From positions 3,680,001 through 3,744,000 of the forward strand of contig OY760937.1 of assembly GCA_963664225.1 (NCBI GenBank): a DNA stretch of 64,000 nt. Reading direction: 5' to 3'. The notes beneath the pieces were generated by a model. That model saw only the letters and a list, made by a program, of their open reading frames with translations, had not been told where the DNA came from and did not search any database. Shown one piece after another: positions 1-8,885 of this stretch. This stretch comes from Verrucomicrobiia bacterium. Lineage in GTDB: Bacteria; Verrucomicrobiota; Verrucomicrobiia; Limisphaerales; UBA1319. Numbering within the stretch: position 1 is the stretch's first letter; every line of letters starts with the position of its first letter. A program made the position numbers and the translations under genes.

Positions 1-66
1 AAGCGATAGAATTAGCAGAAAAAATAAAAGGCCGGATGGTCGCGTCTTCACTTGAAGACATGGCAT
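1..66 (-). CDS. Possible 5' end of a secreted protein running off the window (partial)
   Basis: ATG at 66 reads MPCLQVKTRPSGLLFFLLILSL to the window edge: basic then hydrophobic, signal-peptide-like. Only 22 codons are visible. Confidence 0.3.
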   Translation of the reverse strand, partial: MPCLQVKTRPSGLLFFLLILSL

Positions 67-277
67 AGCAGTTCCTTGTTATAGAATCAATGCCACAGAC
101 AAGGTTAATCGCTCGTTCACAACGTTCATCAAGCAGCCCTTCGCATGGCGCCACCACCGCATCAATGGTTCGGGCGGCACATTGGCATATGAGGCCGACA
201 CCTAACTGGGAGTCCAAGATCGGCTGGACAGCCCCTGCAATCTCCCCGTAATTCTTCGGAGCCAACTTCCTGCTCGT

Positions 278-1129
278 TTATCGCGATGACATGCTCCGTT
301 TTTTCCACAGTGTTTCCCATCCATCGCCGCGCGTGGGGCGAGGAGGCAATTGAATGTCTGCGAAGAGCAATGCTTCGGCCTGGGCACCATAGGGCCCCAT
401 CAGCACCTGTTTGCCATCCGGCCCCACCAACAGCGAGCATCCGATGCATTGACGCCCTTGCCAGGGACCGGCGCCGATCGGACCCACATTGCTGACGCCG
501 GTAATCCAGAGGTTAAAATCCCGTGCCACTGGCTGATAGTTATCAAGCCAGAGCTGACCGTAGGGCTCCCGTGTGTTGTCATGGCCGGCAGGCACCGCCC
601 AGGCCGATGGCGAAAGAATCAGATCGGCCCCCATCAAACCCAATGCACGGCTGATCACCTGGCCGCGTGCAAAGGCATCGGCGCAAATCATCACGCCGAT
701 GGTGCCCAGTTCAGTGTGCGCCACGGTGAGACGGTCCCCTTGAGCATAAAACTTGTGCCCGATCTCCAGTTCGTTGAGCTTGCGATGCACCAACAGGATT
801 TCGCCGTTGGGTGCAATGAGCACTGCCGAATTGAATACCTTCCCACAATCCTTTTCCACCAGACCGGCGCACACATGCACTCTGTTGGTCCGGGCGGCGG
901 CGCAGAGGCGGGAGCAGGTTTCTCCACCGGGAATTGCATCCGCTTCAGTCTCCGCCGAGGGATGTGTCCACCCAAGATTCAAGGCCTCGGGCAGGATTGC
1001 AATCTGGGCTCCGTTTTGAGCGGCCTCGTTAATGCGCTGCTCGGCACGCTGCAAATTGGCGTTTTTACAACCGCCTTCCACGAGCATCTGTGCCAACGCA
1101 ATTTTGAATTTTTTGGGTAAGTGGTTCAC
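278..1129 (-). CDS. Carbon-nitrogen hydrolase (nitrilase superfamily)
   Basis: Glu-Lys-Cys triad motifs LPE, HRK and ICAD; N-terminal IALAQM; typical FNSAVLI. Confidence 0.9.
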   Translation of the reverse strand: MNHLPKKFKIALAQMLVEGGCKNANLQRAEQRINEAAQNGAQIAILPEALNLGWTHPSAETEADAIPGGETCSRLCAAARTNRVHVCAGLVEKDCGKVFNSAVLIAPNGEILLVHRKLNELEIGHKFYAQGDRLTVAHTELGTIGVMICADAFARGQVISRALGLMGADLILSPSAWAVPAGHDNTREPYGQLWLDNYQPVARDFNLWITGVSNVGPIGAGPWQGRQCIGCSLLVGPDGKQVLMGPYGAQAEALLFADIQLPPRPTRGDGWETLWKKRSMSSR

Positions 1130-1636
1130 AAGTCTTCACTCGTTCCTATTCCAAGTGATTGAGGGATACACGATTTGGAAACGTCCGGTCCACTCGAAAA
1201 GCACGCTTCTTGTGACCGCATAGACCCAACAAAACACCCATGGAAAATGCTCAACTTTGAGAAAACCAACTCCCACTGCCGCCTACTCCCGCCAATTCCC
1301 CAGCGATCTGCGACATAAAAGATTCCAGAAACTCACATGATCTACTCGAAGTTTTCGTCTCGTCTTTCATCCCGCACTTTTGCCAGATCGCTTGGTACCG
1401 GACACGCCTGTTTATGGTCGCGTGCGTCGGTTTCTTGTTCAGGCCGTCACATTGTGAATTCTCGATCTCTTGGTGCAATGAAGCATCCGCTCTCGAAACC
1501 GTTGGCAGGCAGCATAGACGAACCTAAAACAAAACAGCAAACAACCGATCCGCATCTCCGGGCGCGAATCCAAAAGTATTCTGGCGATGCGTGGTCACCT
1601 CTGAGTAAAACAATCTGAGATTGAGGGTGCTCCTTC

Positions 1637-3094
1637 TTAATCCCCGATTTCCATGAGTTTGCGGTACAAGGTGGCCAGGCTGATGCCAAGGAGGGAAGCG
1701 GCCTTTTCCTTGTCTCCCTCGGCAATGGCCAGGGACTTCTTGATGTGGAGAACTTCCTGTTCGTGCAAAAAACCTTTCAAGGAATCGATAGGCCCGGCGT
1801 TACCCGGCACTTTGATCGTGTCAGTCGGATGGGCTTCAAGTAGGTCCGGCATTGCATTTGCTGCTTCGGCAGGGTTTACCCGCGAATCCGCTTCCATGCA
1901 TTTTGTCGCCTCTGTCTCATAGCGGACGAAAATCGGCGGCAGGTCGGCCGCCTGCAGCATATCGCCATCGCACAAGGCCGCGGCCCTTTCAATGGCGTTC
2001 TCCAGTTCCCGCACATTTCCGGGCCAATCATGCGCCTCGAGCGCCGCCATCGCCTGTTGTGTGATCCGATAGGGTTTGCCGGTGCGGGGACTGAACTTGT
2101 CGCGCAAAAAGTGAGCCACCAGCAACGGAATATCCTCCCGCCGCTCGCGCAAACTGGGCATCGGTATCGCAATGACATTCAGCCGATAGTACAGATCCTC
2201 GCGAAACGTTCCGGCCTTGATTTTCTGCTCCAATGGCTCATTGGTCGCCGCCAGGACACGCACATTGACATAGAAAGGGACGTTTTCGCCCACGCGGCGG
2301 ACTTCCTTCTCCTGCAAAACACGCAGCAACCGGCTTTGCAGAATTGGGGGCATGGAGGCGATTTCATCGAGAAAAATGGTCCCGCCATCGGCTTCCTGGA
2401 ACAGACCTTTTTTATCGTTAACGGCCCCTGTAAAGGCCCCGCGCCGATGACCAAACAGCTCGGATTCCAGTAGATTCTCAGGCAAGGCGCTGCAATTGAT
2501 TGGTATGAAGGGCGCGTTTTGCCGCCGACTGTTGAAATGCAGCGCGCGCGCCACCAATTCCTTGCCTGTGCCGCTTTCGCCCAAAATAAGAATTGTCGAG
2601 TCGGTGTTCGCCACCCGTTCGATCATTTTGAAGACCTCCTGCATTTTCGGGGCGGCGCCGATGATCCGGCTGAATTTGTATTTGGATTTGAGCTGTTTGC
2701 GCAGGTATTGATTCTCGGAAACCGCTTCATTATAGGACAATGCGCGCTGCACGCTCAGGCGCAACTCCTCGAGCTTGAACGGTTTTTCGACAAAGTCGTA
2801 GGCTCCCTTCTTCATTGCGTCCACGGCGGTTTCAATCGTTCCAAATGCCGTGATTAAAATGACTTGAGGAGGCGGAATCAAAGTTCTGGCGCGCTGGAGG
2901 ATTTCCAAACCGGCGGGATGCGTTTTCTCTGTGTAGAGGTCCGTAATCACCAGTTCCGGGCAGACAGACTCCATGGCGTCCAAGGCGGCTCTGGCACTGG
3001 TGAATGGGGCCACCTCGTGATGATCGGCGCGGAGCATCTCGCTCACCATTTGCACCATGGTTAATTCGTCGTCCACGAGAAGCACTTTGGCCAT
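1637..3094 (-). CDS. Sigma-54-dependent response regulator (NtrC/AtoC family: REC-AAA+-Fis HTH)
   Basis: MAKVLLVDDE receiver, GESGTGKE Walker A, intact GAFTGA, WPGNVREL, and C-terminal LGISLATLYRKL HTH. Start placed at ATG 3094. Confidence 0.95.
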   Translation of the reverse strand: MAKVLLVDDELTMVQMVSEMLRADHHEVAPFTSARAALDAMESVCPELVITDLYTEKTHPAGLEILQRARTLIPPPQVILITAFGTIETAVDAMKKGAYDFVEKPFKLEELRLSVQRALSYNEAVSENQYLRKQLKSKYKFSRIIGAAPKMQEVFKMIERVANTDSTILILGESGTGKELVARALHFNSRRQNAPFIPINCSALPENLLESELFGHRRGAFTGAVNDKKGLFQEADGGTIFLDEIASMPPILQSRLLRVLQEKEVRRVGENVPFYVNVRVLAATNEPLEQKIKAGTFREDLYYRLNVIAIPMPSLRERREDIPLLVAHFLRDKFSPRTGKPYRITQQAMAALEAHDWPGNVRELENAIERAAALCDGDMLQAADLPPIFVRYETEATKCMEADSRVNPAEAANAMPDLLEAHPTDTIKVPGNAGPIDSLKGFLHEQEVLHIKKSLAIAEGDKEKAASLLGISLATLYRKLMEIGD

Positions 3095-3238
3095 GAGCCG
3101 GAAATTAGCGTTACTTAGGCGTGATTTCAATGCCGGAAACGTCGTTTTATGAGGCTTGCCAAGGAGGGAGCCTTCGATAATTATTGAACACAATACCCGT
3201 TTGAAACGTATATATCTATAACACTAGCACCAAAATTT

Positions 3239-4624
3239 ATGAATCCAACAGAGCCAAACACTGTGTCCCTGACAACCCGCAGGGAATTTCTGAAGACATC
3301 CACCAAAGCCGTTGCGGGCGCCGCGCTGGTCTCGGCCATCTCCAGGCCCGGTTACACTGCGGAAAGCAATACCATTCAGGTCGCTTTGATCGGTTGCGGT
3401 GGCCGCGGAACGGGAGCGGCAGCAGACGCTCTCTCCGATAAGAGCGGCCCCATCAAATTGGTCGCCATGGCGGATGTCTTTTCCGATCGCCTCAAGGGCA
3501 GTTACGCGGAAATCAAAAAGAATTTCAAAGACCAGGTGGATGTCCCCGAGGATCGCCAGTTCGTCGGATTCGATGCCTACAAGAAAGCAATGGATTGCCT
3601 CAAGCCGGGTGATATTGCGATCTTCGCCACACCTCCTGGGTTCCGCTGGGTGCATTTTACCTATGCTGTCGAAAAAGGCCTGAACGTGTTCATGGAAAAA
3701 CCCGTCACAGTCGATGGTCCTACAACGCGGAAGATGCTCAAGCTGGCCGAGGACGCCAAGGCCAAGAACCTCAAGGTGGGTGTTGGCCTCATGTGCCGTC
3801 ACAGCACAGCCCGAGCGGAATTGCTCACCCGCATCAAAGATGGCCAGATGGGCGATATTCTCATGCTGCGTGCCTATCGCATGCACGGACCTGTTGGATC
3901 AGCCTTTACCAGCCCCAAGACTGAGAACGATAAGATGAGCGAATTGCTCTGGCAGATTCAGCACTTCCACAGTTTCCTGTGGGCCAGCGGCGGCTGCTAC
4001 AGCGATTTCTACATCCACCACATCGACGAATGCTGCTGGATGAAAGACGCGTGGCCGATCAAGGCTCAGGCGATCGCGGGCCGTCATTATCGCGGCGATT
4101 GTATCGATCAGAACATGGACAATTACTCCGTCGAATACACCTTTGCCGATGGCGCAAAAATGTTTTTGGAAGGCCGCACCATGACGGGCTGCCATGAAGA
4201 GTTTGCCAGCCTGGCCCATGGAAGCAAAGGCTCTGCCATCATCTCCAATAACGGACATTATCCAGCCCCATGCCGCATTTTCAAAGGTCAAAACTTTGTC
4301 GATCAGGACATCGTCTGGAAGTTCCCGGGCAGCGAGCCTAATCCTTATCGCACCGAATGGAATCACCTGATTGACGCCATCCGTAATGATAAGCCTTACA
4401 ACGAAGTGGTCCGCGGCGCCATTGCCAGCCTCGTGACCTCGATGGGGCGCATGGCTGCCCACACTGGTGAAATCATCACCTACGACCAAATCCTGAACGC
4501 GCCCCAGGAATTCGCTCCGGGCATCATGGATTTCACAATGAATTCGGCCGCTCCCGTTCTTGCCGATGCCAAAGGCCAATACCCCATCCCGCAGCCGGGT
4601 AAAGTCACCGATCGCGAATATTGA
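3239..4624 (+). CDS. Gfo/Idh/MocA family oxidoreductase with Tat signal peptide
   Basis: TRREFLK twin-arginine motif, LIGCGGRG NAD(P)-binding motif, EKP motif. Confidence 0.9.
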   Translation: MNPTEPNTVSLTTRREFLKTSTKAVAGAALVSAISRPGYTAESNTIQVALIGCGGRGTGAAADALSDKSGPIKLVAMADVFSDRLKGSYAEIKKNFKDQVDVPEDRQFVGFDAYKKAMDCLKPGDIAIFATPPGFRWVHFTYAVEKGLNVFMEKPVTVDGPTTRKMLKLAEDAKAKNLKVGVGLMCRHSTARAELLTRIKDGQMGDILMLRAYRMHGPVGSAFTSPKTENDKMSELLWQIQHFHSFLWASGGCYSDFYIHHIDECCWMKDAWPIKAQAIAGRHYRGDCIDQNMDNYSVEYTFADGAKMFLEGRTMTGCHEEFASLAHGSKGSAIISNNGHYPAPCRIFKGQNFVDQDIVWKFPGSEPNPYRTEWNHLIDAIRNDKPYNEVVRGAIASLVTSMGRMAAHTGEIITYDQILNAPQEFAPGIMDFTMNSAAPVLADAKGQYPIPQPGKVTDREY

Positions 4625-4919
4625 TTTGATCGTGTTATTCGGGATTAATCCCGGGACACTATTTATTGATACGAAGGGCCGGACGCGTTACGCATTGATT
4701 GCGGCGTTGTCCGGCCTTTGCTTTTGGAGATCACTTTCGCGTTCAGATTCACACAGACGGGCGTTGGGCGAATTCATTTGTGAGGGTGTAATCCGGTGAG
4801 CCCGGGAATGACGCGCCTCTCTCCACGGACCTCCTTGGGATGGAGGCGAGGGAGTGGACGCAATCAGGAAAGGCCAGTGCTGGGGCGCTGGATTGCAGAT
4901 GAAAGAACAGAAGGTTGGG

Positions 4920-5672
4920 TCAGGTTGGCAATGACGTGAAAATGCGGTTGGCTTCCTGGAGATGTTCCAGGGAACCGATGTCGTACCAAAGGCCGGGGAC
5001 TTTCCACGTATAGACCGGCTGGCGGGTATAGAGCCACTGGATGAGACGACCGGGTTGGTCGGGGTTGTTGCCCTCGGCAATGTATTGACGGATGGCGGGC
5101 AGGACTGCGCGCGGGTAGTAGTAGAGGGCGATTCCGGTGAGTGTGCTGACGGGATTTTTGGGTTTTTCCTCAAAAAAAGTGATCCGTCCGTCTGGAGCCA
5201 TGGAGATCGAATTATATTGTTTAATCTGCTCGAGATCGCCGACGTCATAGACGGCGAGAACTGGAGCCTGTTTTTCGCGGCAATAACGACCGAAATCTTC
5301 GAGGGAATGGCTGAAGAGGTTGTCGCCCGCGACGACAATGAGATCGTCGTCGATATTTTCGCGGTCCAGGACGAGGTGGAGATCTCCGATGGCGCCAAGT
5401 TTATTGGTGTCATCGGTGGAGTGGTCGTTGATGACGCGAATCTTGACGTCGGGATTCGGACGGTCCAGTTGCACCGACCATTCTTCGAACTGCACGGCAA
5501 ACAGGTCGTTGGTTACGACGTAAACGCAGTCGATGGTTCCCACAGTGGCCAGTTTTTCCATGACATGGTCGATCATGGGTTTTCCCGCGACGGGCAGGAG
5601 GGGTTTGGGTTTCGTGAGGGTTAGGGGGTGCAGGCGGGTAGCGTAACCTGCGGCAAGGATGAGGGCTTTCAT
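4920..5672 (-). CDS. Sugar-phosphate nucleotidyltransferase (RmlA/GalU-like)
   Basis: LAAGYATRL...PKPLLPV signature, AGDN, EEKP, WYDIG; 4-nt ATGA overlap with the ptsI stop. Confidence 0.9.
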   Translation of the reverse strand: MKALILAAGYATRLHPLTLTKPKPLLPVAGKPMIDHVMEKLATVGTIDCVYVVTNDLFAVQFEEWSVQLDRPNPDVKIRVINDHSTDDTNKLGAIGDLHLVLDRENIDDDLIVVAGDNLFSHSLEDFGRYCREKQAPVLAVYDVGDLEQIKQYNSISMAPDGRITFFEEKPKNPVSTLTGIALYYYPRAVLPAIRQYIAEGNNPDQPGRLIQWLYTRQPVYTWKVPGLWYDIGSLEHLQEANRIFTSLPT

Positions 5673-7459
5673 TTGGGAGTCGAATCTTTGGCGTCAAAGA
5701 GGCCCGGGGCGGCGGTCTTAACGAAGGCTTCGCATCGGGAAAGGATTTCGGCTGACGATTCGCTGGTCATGGCGAATTGAGCCAGAGCTTCGGCTTCGGT
5801 TTGTTTTAATCGACGAATAAGATACTTGATTTGGGGGATGATCGGGGGCGCAACGCTGATTTCATCCACACCCAAGCCAAGGAGCAGGGGGGTAAAAGTG
5901 GGGTCGCCGGCCATTTCGCCGCAGACACCAACCCAGACGTTTTTCTTGTGGGCAGCGTCAACGGTCATTTTGATGAGTTTGACGATGGCCGGATGTGTGG
6001 GCTGATAGAGATGGGCGATTTTTTCGTTCAGCCGGTCCACCGCCATGGAATATTGAATGAGGTCATTGGTGCCAACGCTAAAGAATGAGACGTGTTTGGC
6101 AAGGGCATCAGCGATCAAGGCGGCCGACGGGATCTCGATCATGACGCCCACGGGCATTTTTTCGTCGAACGGAATCTTTTCGTCACGCAACTGTTGCTTG
6201 CATTCCTCAAGGAGAGCGTTGGCTTGGAGCAATTCATCGAGGCAGGAAATCATGGGATACATGATGTTCACGTTGCCAAAGGCGCTGGCCCGGAGGATGG
6301 CGCGGAGCTGAATGCGGAAAATCTGTGTCTCCTGCAGGCAGAATCGGATGGCCCGCCAACCCAGGAAAGGATTCATTTCCTTGGGAAACTGAAGATGGGG
6401 CATGAATTTGTCGCCGCCCAAGTCGAGCGTTCGGATGACAACGGCTTGCGGCTTGAGGACTTTGGCCACCTGGCTGTAGGCCTCAAATTGTTCCTCCTCT
6501 GTGGGAAGGCGATCACGGTTGATGAAGAGAAATTCGGTGCGGTAGAGCCCGACTCCATTGGCGCCACTGGCCTGAACGGGTTCGGTGTCGCTGGCTTGTT
6601 CGACGTTGGCCGCGAGGACGATGGAGGCGCCATCGAGCGTGGTGGCAGGGAGATTGCGGACTTCCTCGAGCACGACGCGCAGGTCGGCCTTTTTGTGGAC
6701 GAGTTGGCCGTATTCAAAAAGCGTCTGATCGGTCGGATTGACGATGAGCAGTCCATTAAAGCCGTCCACCAGCACGTAGTCTCCATTCTGGATAATGTGC
6801 GAGACGGACTGGAGTCCGACAATGGCTGGGATTTGAAGGGAGCGTGCAAGAATGGCGGTGTGGGACGTTTTGCTGCCCATGTCGGTGGCGAAGCCCAGAA
6901 CCATTTTGCGGTTCATCTGGGCTGTGGTCGAGGGGGCGAGATCTTCGCTGATGATGACGACGGGCTGGGTCAGCGATTTGATATCTTCCCGCTCGGGCAG
7001 GCCCATCAGATTGCGCATGACGCGGTTGGCCACATCGCGCATATCCTTGGCGCGCTCACGTAAATATTCGTCGTCGATTTCGCTAAGGGTGTTGGCGTAT
7101 TTTTCCGCAATGGCGTGAAAGGCAAACTCGATGTTGACTTTTTGCTCGTGAACCAAGCGGTTGACCTCTTCAATGATCGTCTGGTCCTCGAGAACCATCA
7201 GGTGGGCTTCGAAAATGCTGGCCTCCTGGGCGCCCATGGCCTCGTTGACGCGTTTTTGGACGTCAAGAATCTGATGGCGGGTTTGCAGAATGGCTTTTTC
7301 AAGGCGCGCGATTTGAGCCGGAATGTCGGCATCAGGGATGGCGCGCTTTTCGGCAGCTTCGCGGTGTTCGCCAAGTTTAAGGACTGTGCCTTTGCAAACT
7401 CCATCGGAAACCGGGATCCCGCGATATACTTTTTCGTTAGAACGAGCCAGTTGCGGCAT
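5669..7459 (-). CDS. ptsI: Phosphoenolpyruvate-protein phosphotransferase (PTS enzyme I)
   Basis: TSHTAI phospho-His motif, GLYRTEF, RTLDLGGDK, NPFLGWRAIR, SVGTNDLIQY, CGEMAG. Start placed at ATG 7459. Confidence 0.95.
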   Translation of the reverse strand: MPQLARSNEKVYRGIPVSDGVCKGTVLKLGEHREAAEKRAIPDADIPAQIARLEKAILQTRHQILDVQKRVNEAMGAQEASIFEAHLMVLEDQTIIEEVNRLVHEQKVNIEFAFHAIAEKYANTLSEIDDEYLRERAKDMRDVANRVMRNLMGLPEREDIKSLTQPVVIISEDLAPSTTAQMNRKMVLGFATDMGSKTSHTAILARSLQIPAIVGLQSVSHIIQNGDYVLVDGFNGLLIVNPTDQTLFEYGQLVHKKADLRVVLEEVRNLPATTLDGASIVLAANVEQASDTEPVQASGANGVGLYRTEFLFINRDRLPTEEEQFEAYSQVAKVLKPQAVVIRTLDLGGDKFMPHLQFPKEMNPFLGWRAIRFCLQETQIFRIQLRAILRASAFGNVNIMYPMISCLDELLQANALLEECKQQLRDEKIPFDEKMPVGVMIEIPSAALIADALAKHVSFFSVGTNDLIQYSMAVDRLNEKIAHLYQPTHPAIVKLIKMTVDAAHKKNVWVGVCGEMAGDPTFTPLLLGLGVDEISVAPPIIPQIKYLIRRLKQTEAEALAQFAMTSESSAEILSRCEAFVKTAAPGLFDAKDSTPK

Positions 7460-7604
7460 GGTTGTATTATGTAAATCAGGGCGGACCTTTTGGAAAACTA
7501 AAAATTGCAATTATTTCGATAAAATGAATTTATTCGGTGCTGGAGAGGACGTTTCCATTGGTGGGTTGGCAAGGAAAACATAAATTACTTCGGATTATTT
7601 TAAG

Positions 7605-7630
7605 TGTCCTAAAATAGGACAAAAGTGTCC
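7605..7630. promoter_or_regulatory. Palindromic candidate transcription-factor site with a second half-site
   Basis: TGTCCTA-AAA-TAGGACA perfect inverted repeat (7605-7621); AAGTGTCC repeated 21 bp apart (7602 and 7623). Confidence 0.45.
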
Positions 7631-7767
7631 AATGTGTAATCAATTGAGTCATGCGTATGCATGAACCGCAACGAGTTGCGCGGGTGGAACCGGACGGGTG
7701 GCAGACTTCGAAAGTTGCTTCTGCATGGGGCATGAATGGGGGCGGAGTGGGAACAAAAAGGGCTTAT

Positions 7768-7796
7768 TTGACAGGGTGCAAAAGCGTGCCTATATT
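7768..7796 (+). promoter_or_regulatory. Sigma-70-type promoter for the polysaccharide locus
   Basis: TTGACA-17 nt-TATATT, about 270 nt upstream of the first cluster gene. Confidence 0.65.
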
Positions 7797-7890
7797 TGTT
7801 GGAGTTTTAGAAAATGAAAACAAAACAAAACGAAATCAAGCGCACTTTGCGCATTCACTGTGGGTAGCGCGATATACAAGGGGGAAAGTA

Positions 7891-7907
7891 AGCAAGCATT
7901 GTGCCAA
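7891..7907 (-). promoter_or_regulatory. Sigma-54 (-24/-12) promoter motif
   Basis: Minus strand reads TTGGCACAATGCTTGCT, which is TGGCAC-N5-TTGC with exact GG-N10-GC spacing. Confidence 0.6.
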
Positions 7908-8063
7908 TATATCTGAAAATAATAAGATAAATTGGAATGATAGTTAAAAAATATTTTGACAATATCGTGTAATGCCACGAATAAGTGTTGTCAGAAATTA
8001 GAGGTCTCGGTTTTAATTTGTTGTGCGGTGTCTGCCTACACTGCGTGATAAAGTTATTCGGTT

Positions 8064-8825
8064 ATGAACAGCTTTATGGACGTTTGCCTGGCAGAGCCGT
8101 GTAATCAGGGTGTTGATACTGTCATTCCCTTCTGGAAACGCTTTTTCGACATTACCTGCATTACTCTCACTTTACCTTTTTGGTTTCCGGTGATGGGAGT
8201 GATTGCGATTGCGATCAAAGTCCTTTCTCCGGGACCTGTGTTTTTCAAACAGGAACGCGTTGGCTTTATGGGCCGACGGTTCACCTGCCTTAAATTCCGC
8301 AGCATGAAACATGGCGCGGACACGGGAGTGCACCAGCAGCATTTGAAGCAATTGATCCAATCGGATCGGCCCATGACCAAGATGGATCGCGCGGGAGATC
8401 CCCGACTCATCCCCGGCGCCGCCCTCCTGCGGTCCAGCGGACTGGATGAGCTGCCCCAATTGCTCAATGTGATCGCGGGGGACATGAGCCTGGTGGGGCC
8501 CCGGCCTTGCACGACAAATGAATTTGCGGATTATATGGAATGGCACAAGGAGCGATGCCGCACGCTGCCAGGCTTGACGGGGTTATGGCAGGTGAGCGGA
8601 AAAAATAAAACAACCTTCTCCGAGATGATCCATATGGACATCCACTATGCGCGCAATTGCTCGCTATTGATGGATTTGAAAATCATGTTCCGAACATTTT
8701 CGACTTTGTTGGAACAAGTCCGGGAATCACGCGCGAAAGCGGATTCCAAACTGGAGGCCGCCACTGCCCAGCCAAGGGCATTCACTGGCGCCGATTCTGT
8801 GATAAATGGGCCCATTACGGGCTGA
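8064..8825 (+). CDS. Priming sugar transferase (small monotopic phosphoglycosyl transferase, PglC/WbaP C-terminal type)
   Basis: KRFFDI, PVFFKQERVG, KFRSM, LDELPQLLNV..GDMSLVGPRP, PGLTGLWQVSG. Confidence 0.93.
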   Translation: MNSFMDVCLAEPCNQGVDTVIPFWKRFFDITCITLTLPFWFPVMGVIAIAIKVLSPGPVFFKQERVGFMGRRFTCLKFRSMKHGADTGVHQQHLKQLIQSDRPMTKMDRAGDPRLIPGAALLRSSGLDELPQLLNVIAGDMSLVGPRPCTTNEFADYMEWHKERCRTLPGLTGLWQVSGKNKTTFSEMIHMDIHYARNCSLLMDLKIMFRTFSTLLEQVRESRAKADSKLEAATAQPRAFTGADSVINGPITG

Positions 8826-8885
8826 TCACCAGTTTATGCCGGTTTAGTTTTAAAATCCGCCTGCCAAGAAAAAGAAAAGAGAGCC

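Noticed and set aside
4688..5500. 270-aa minus-strand ORF
   Set aside because: Alternative frame overlapping the nucleotidyltransferase; Ser/Pro/Thr-rich frame artefact
6092..7063. 323-aa plus-strand ORF
   Set aside because: Antisense shadow of ptsI; no recognisable motifs
7777..7790. Second sigma-54-like motif (minus strand GGCACGCTTTTGCA)
   Set aside because: GG-to-GC spacing is 9 nt, not the obligatory 10
7956..7985. Second TTGACA upstream of the sugar transferase
   Set aside because: No convincing -10 hexamer at 16-18 nt spacing
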